DNA from: Takakia lepidozioides
Taxonomy: Eukaryota > Plantae > Bryophyta
Direction of reading: 5' to 3'
DNA: 64,000 nt
Assembly: GCA_030704615.1 (NCBI GenBank)
Contig: CM060731.1
Location: 10,044,001-10,108,000 of the forward strand
Shown here: one piece after another, positions 61,301 through 64,000 of the stretch
Layout: each line of letters begins with the position of its first letter
How positions within the stretch are numbered: position 1 is the stretch's first letter
The notes under the pieces: model-generated
What the model was told of the DNA's origin: nothing
Database searches by the model: none
What the model saw: only the letters and a program-made list of their open reading frames with translations
Made by a program: the position numbers and the translations under genes

Positions 61301-62862
61301 AGCAAAAAGGATTACACATATCCTTCGCAACAGCGGAGAGGGATCTCACCGCCCTCAAATAGTGCAAGACATTACCATAATGAAAAATGGCATAGTGAGG
61401 TGTTGGACTGCCGGGCTGACCCTTTTTTGTGTAAGTTGCACTTGCTCCACTGCTTCCTCTCCCTTTTGATGCAGTGTCGATACTTCACAAGATAGAAACT
61501 TCTTGTCCTGCTCTAGTGTCTTCTGTTTCTATTTTCCTTTGGCCCATAAGCTCTTTAAGCTTGCCGTGGACGTTATAAATTCCTTTCTCTGTCTTTCTTT
61601 CTTTTTGTTGTCTTCGTCATCATTTTTCTTGTTTAACATCCTGTCTTCTTAAATTACCGCATTACAGTGAACTTCTATGTGACAACTATGTTAACCCACC
61701 ACTAACAGGTATCTCGACATTCCTCTACCCATGTGGCACATTCACCAACATTGCAGCTATTGTGACTGATGGCAAAATCCGTAAGTCCCTCCTATTTTCC
61801 ACTCATCACAAGTATAGAGGAGTTCGAAGACAATTGTCTGCATTCAAAGAAACTCCAATCATCGTTTTTCTTTCAGAAAATTAGGGAGAAAGTGAAGAGC
61901 ATTTTCACCTTAAAGAGTTTTTCATGCACAATGAAATAAAAAAGTACGCCTCTGGATAGTGGAAATGTAAAACAAACAACTCGGGTTTTAAACTTTGGTC
62001 AGTTTTACTTCTCTATAGTTTCCAGGTTGCATGTCCCTGCTGGGAGTAAGATCCTCAGAAAATTGCACCTCTTTCTATTTGGGTTTTAGTAATGAACTAT
62101 TTTATCTCTAAATCTCTCCAAAGAGAACGGATAGACCATTACCTCATTCCATTCAGTGTTCACGTCCTTTTAAATCAGTGCATGTCTGCCAAAGTTTGTC
62201 TCTAGGAAACTACTACCAATTCCTCTGGCACTAAGGTGTCCTTACAAGCTTTGGAGTCACACCCCCTCCCGTTATTTCTAGCTCCTTGACAAACAACCTT
62301 AGCAAGCAATTCATAGGTAAAGCTTAAAGGACTTACACTGCTTCATGTGGACCATGTTTAGACTGGCTCATACATGTGAGATTCACCAAGTTCTAGTTTT
62401 CTCCTCTCTTCACCATATCTTCTTTTGTCTTTCACTTGTCTGCCAATATTCGTTTATATTTGTGTGTATATGTGATACTCATGGTTCCATGGGGCATGGA
62501 ATGACTGTGCAGCCCAGGATGTGGCATGCCATGACTTGGCCTTCCATTCCCTCTACTTTGGTTGCTGTTTCTACACATGCTGCTTTCGTCGAAAGCTCCG
62601 GAAGCGCTTCAACATCCCTGTGAGTATGTTTCCAGGTTCACATTTCCTCCCCCAAATTCATCTTCCTCACAAAGTACAAATGAATAGCTCAAAGATCTGG
62701 GTTCCTGAAAGAAGAAAACCAGGTAATGTATCTAATATGTGGAGTGACATCAAGGATGACTGGTGGCAGGGTGGATCATGTGATGATTATTGGGTACACG
62801 CGTTGTGTTGCTGTTGTGCACTAGTTCAAGAGTGGCAAGAGATTCAAGCTCGTGAGCAGCAG
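58364..62862 (+). CDS. MCA1-like mechanosensitive channel protein (MCAfunc + PLAC8), multi-exon; middle exons and 3' end uncertain
   Basis: GDVANVAQLTGLDAVKLIGLIVGAANNARMHKKNCRQFAQHLKLI (MCAfunc, exon 58364-58783); exon from 59372. PLAC8 exons: WHSEVLDCRADPFLC, TFLYPCGTF, CCFYTCCFRRKLRKRFNIP, GGSCDDYWVHALCCCCALVQEW. Confidence 0.88.
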
Positions 62863-64000
62863 GGTAATTCACTTCTTTTGATTCACCTTCTTCACTGATT
62901 CTTCTCTGCAGTACAATGTAGGAACAAGAGGGTAGAATGCATGTTCCTAGAGACACACACACACCCAGGTTTGATGGTCTGTAAGGTGTTTCCCCCTTTC
63001 CGTCACCTCCCCAATAAAAGAACTGTGTGAGTAATCTGGGCTTGTGTGAATTGAAAGGGGGCTGTGTTTCTGTGCAGCATTCACAAACAACAAAAATATG
63101 GAGCCACCTTCCGAGCAAGCTATGGAGGGCTATTGATCACTACACCGTCCTCTGCCTCACTGAAGTATTTCCTTAGAAGGGAGGACTGAAAGAACGAAAT
63201 TTGACATATCTGTGGTAGATAAAAAATTAGGCAGGATACATTAAACATACAGAATTTTGATGAAATACTTAAAACCCCAATGTACTATTAAGGTCACTTA
63301 ACTCCAAATGTGAATTCCTGTTTCTACAGGTGTAGCTTTGGTCCTTGGCCTTGACCTTTCAAACTACATGTCCTGGGCTGATGCAACACCATTCCCCCTA
63401 CATGTGCTGGATAGATAATGTTATGTATCGAGGGCAATGCAACCAGCACCTGAATGCAACCTGTACATGGGGTTGTTGTGCCAGTGCAAACCCCTAGCCG
63501 GCTGAAGCACATAGTGATGGATTTTCAACAACCCTCATCACTTCTGAACTACTGACCCACCCAGTAGAAGGAGCACAAGATATACGATCTTAAACCCTCC
63601 AGTAGTTTATGACACATCTGTATACAGAGAAGCCTTCTATTGCCGAGAAACTAGCCTTGTTCCGTCAAGTACCACCACCACACATGATGCGTTCACCATG
63701 TGGTGAGCATTGTGAAGGGGGCACAAACCATGAAGAAGGGCCTTCCGGCCCCAACAGCAACCGCGAATGGGTCCACTAATTGACACTTCGGTTGCCACAA
63801 GTCCATTGAAATATACAGCACCCACTACATATCATGCAGGCATAGTACATCCAGGCTGTAGTTAATTGTCAGGGCAAATGTGTGCAGTATGTACTTGCGG
63901 ATACTGTAAGGGCACTTGCTTTGCCAGACTCACAGGTACAGACCCCGGGATCATGTGCACACTGTGTATCCTCCAAGGCGCTCGCCTGCAACATGCCCAC

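Overview
Intron-rich eukaryotic DNA, most likely a non-seed land plant (inferred from a highly repetitive PLS-DYW PPR gene, CYP38 and MCA; species not determinable). Host genes: an ACA-type Ca2+-ATPase N-terminal fragment, a PLS-E-DYW PPR with a truncated DYW domain, an F-box gene, CYP38/TLP40, a USP-like-domain gene and an MCA1-like (MCAfunc+PLAC8) gene. Mobile elements: a piggyBac element with an inverted relative abutting it, a TSD-flanked non-LTR retrotransposon plus a second 3' fragment, a right-truncated CACTA element and a complete 11.3-kb Mutator-like element (MULE; 45215-56533, 9-bp TSD CTTCGAATG). The main finding is the MULE. Opposite its GCM-like/DDE/SWIM transposase it carries a 9-exon gene (~1080 aa) fusing a ParB/Srx-like domain to a beta-class (N6A/N4C-type) DNA methyltransferase fold with non-canonical motifs. 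Two introns of that gene hold 11 copies of a 22-bp palindrome (TGAATGTCG-TCAA-CGACATTCA), suggesting a self-targeting (parS-like or VANC-like) epigenetic module. The neighbouring CACTA element carries a SET-domain exon inside the first intron of its transposase gene, apparently as an alternative splice form. All domain calls come from reading motifs by eye; no database searches were run.
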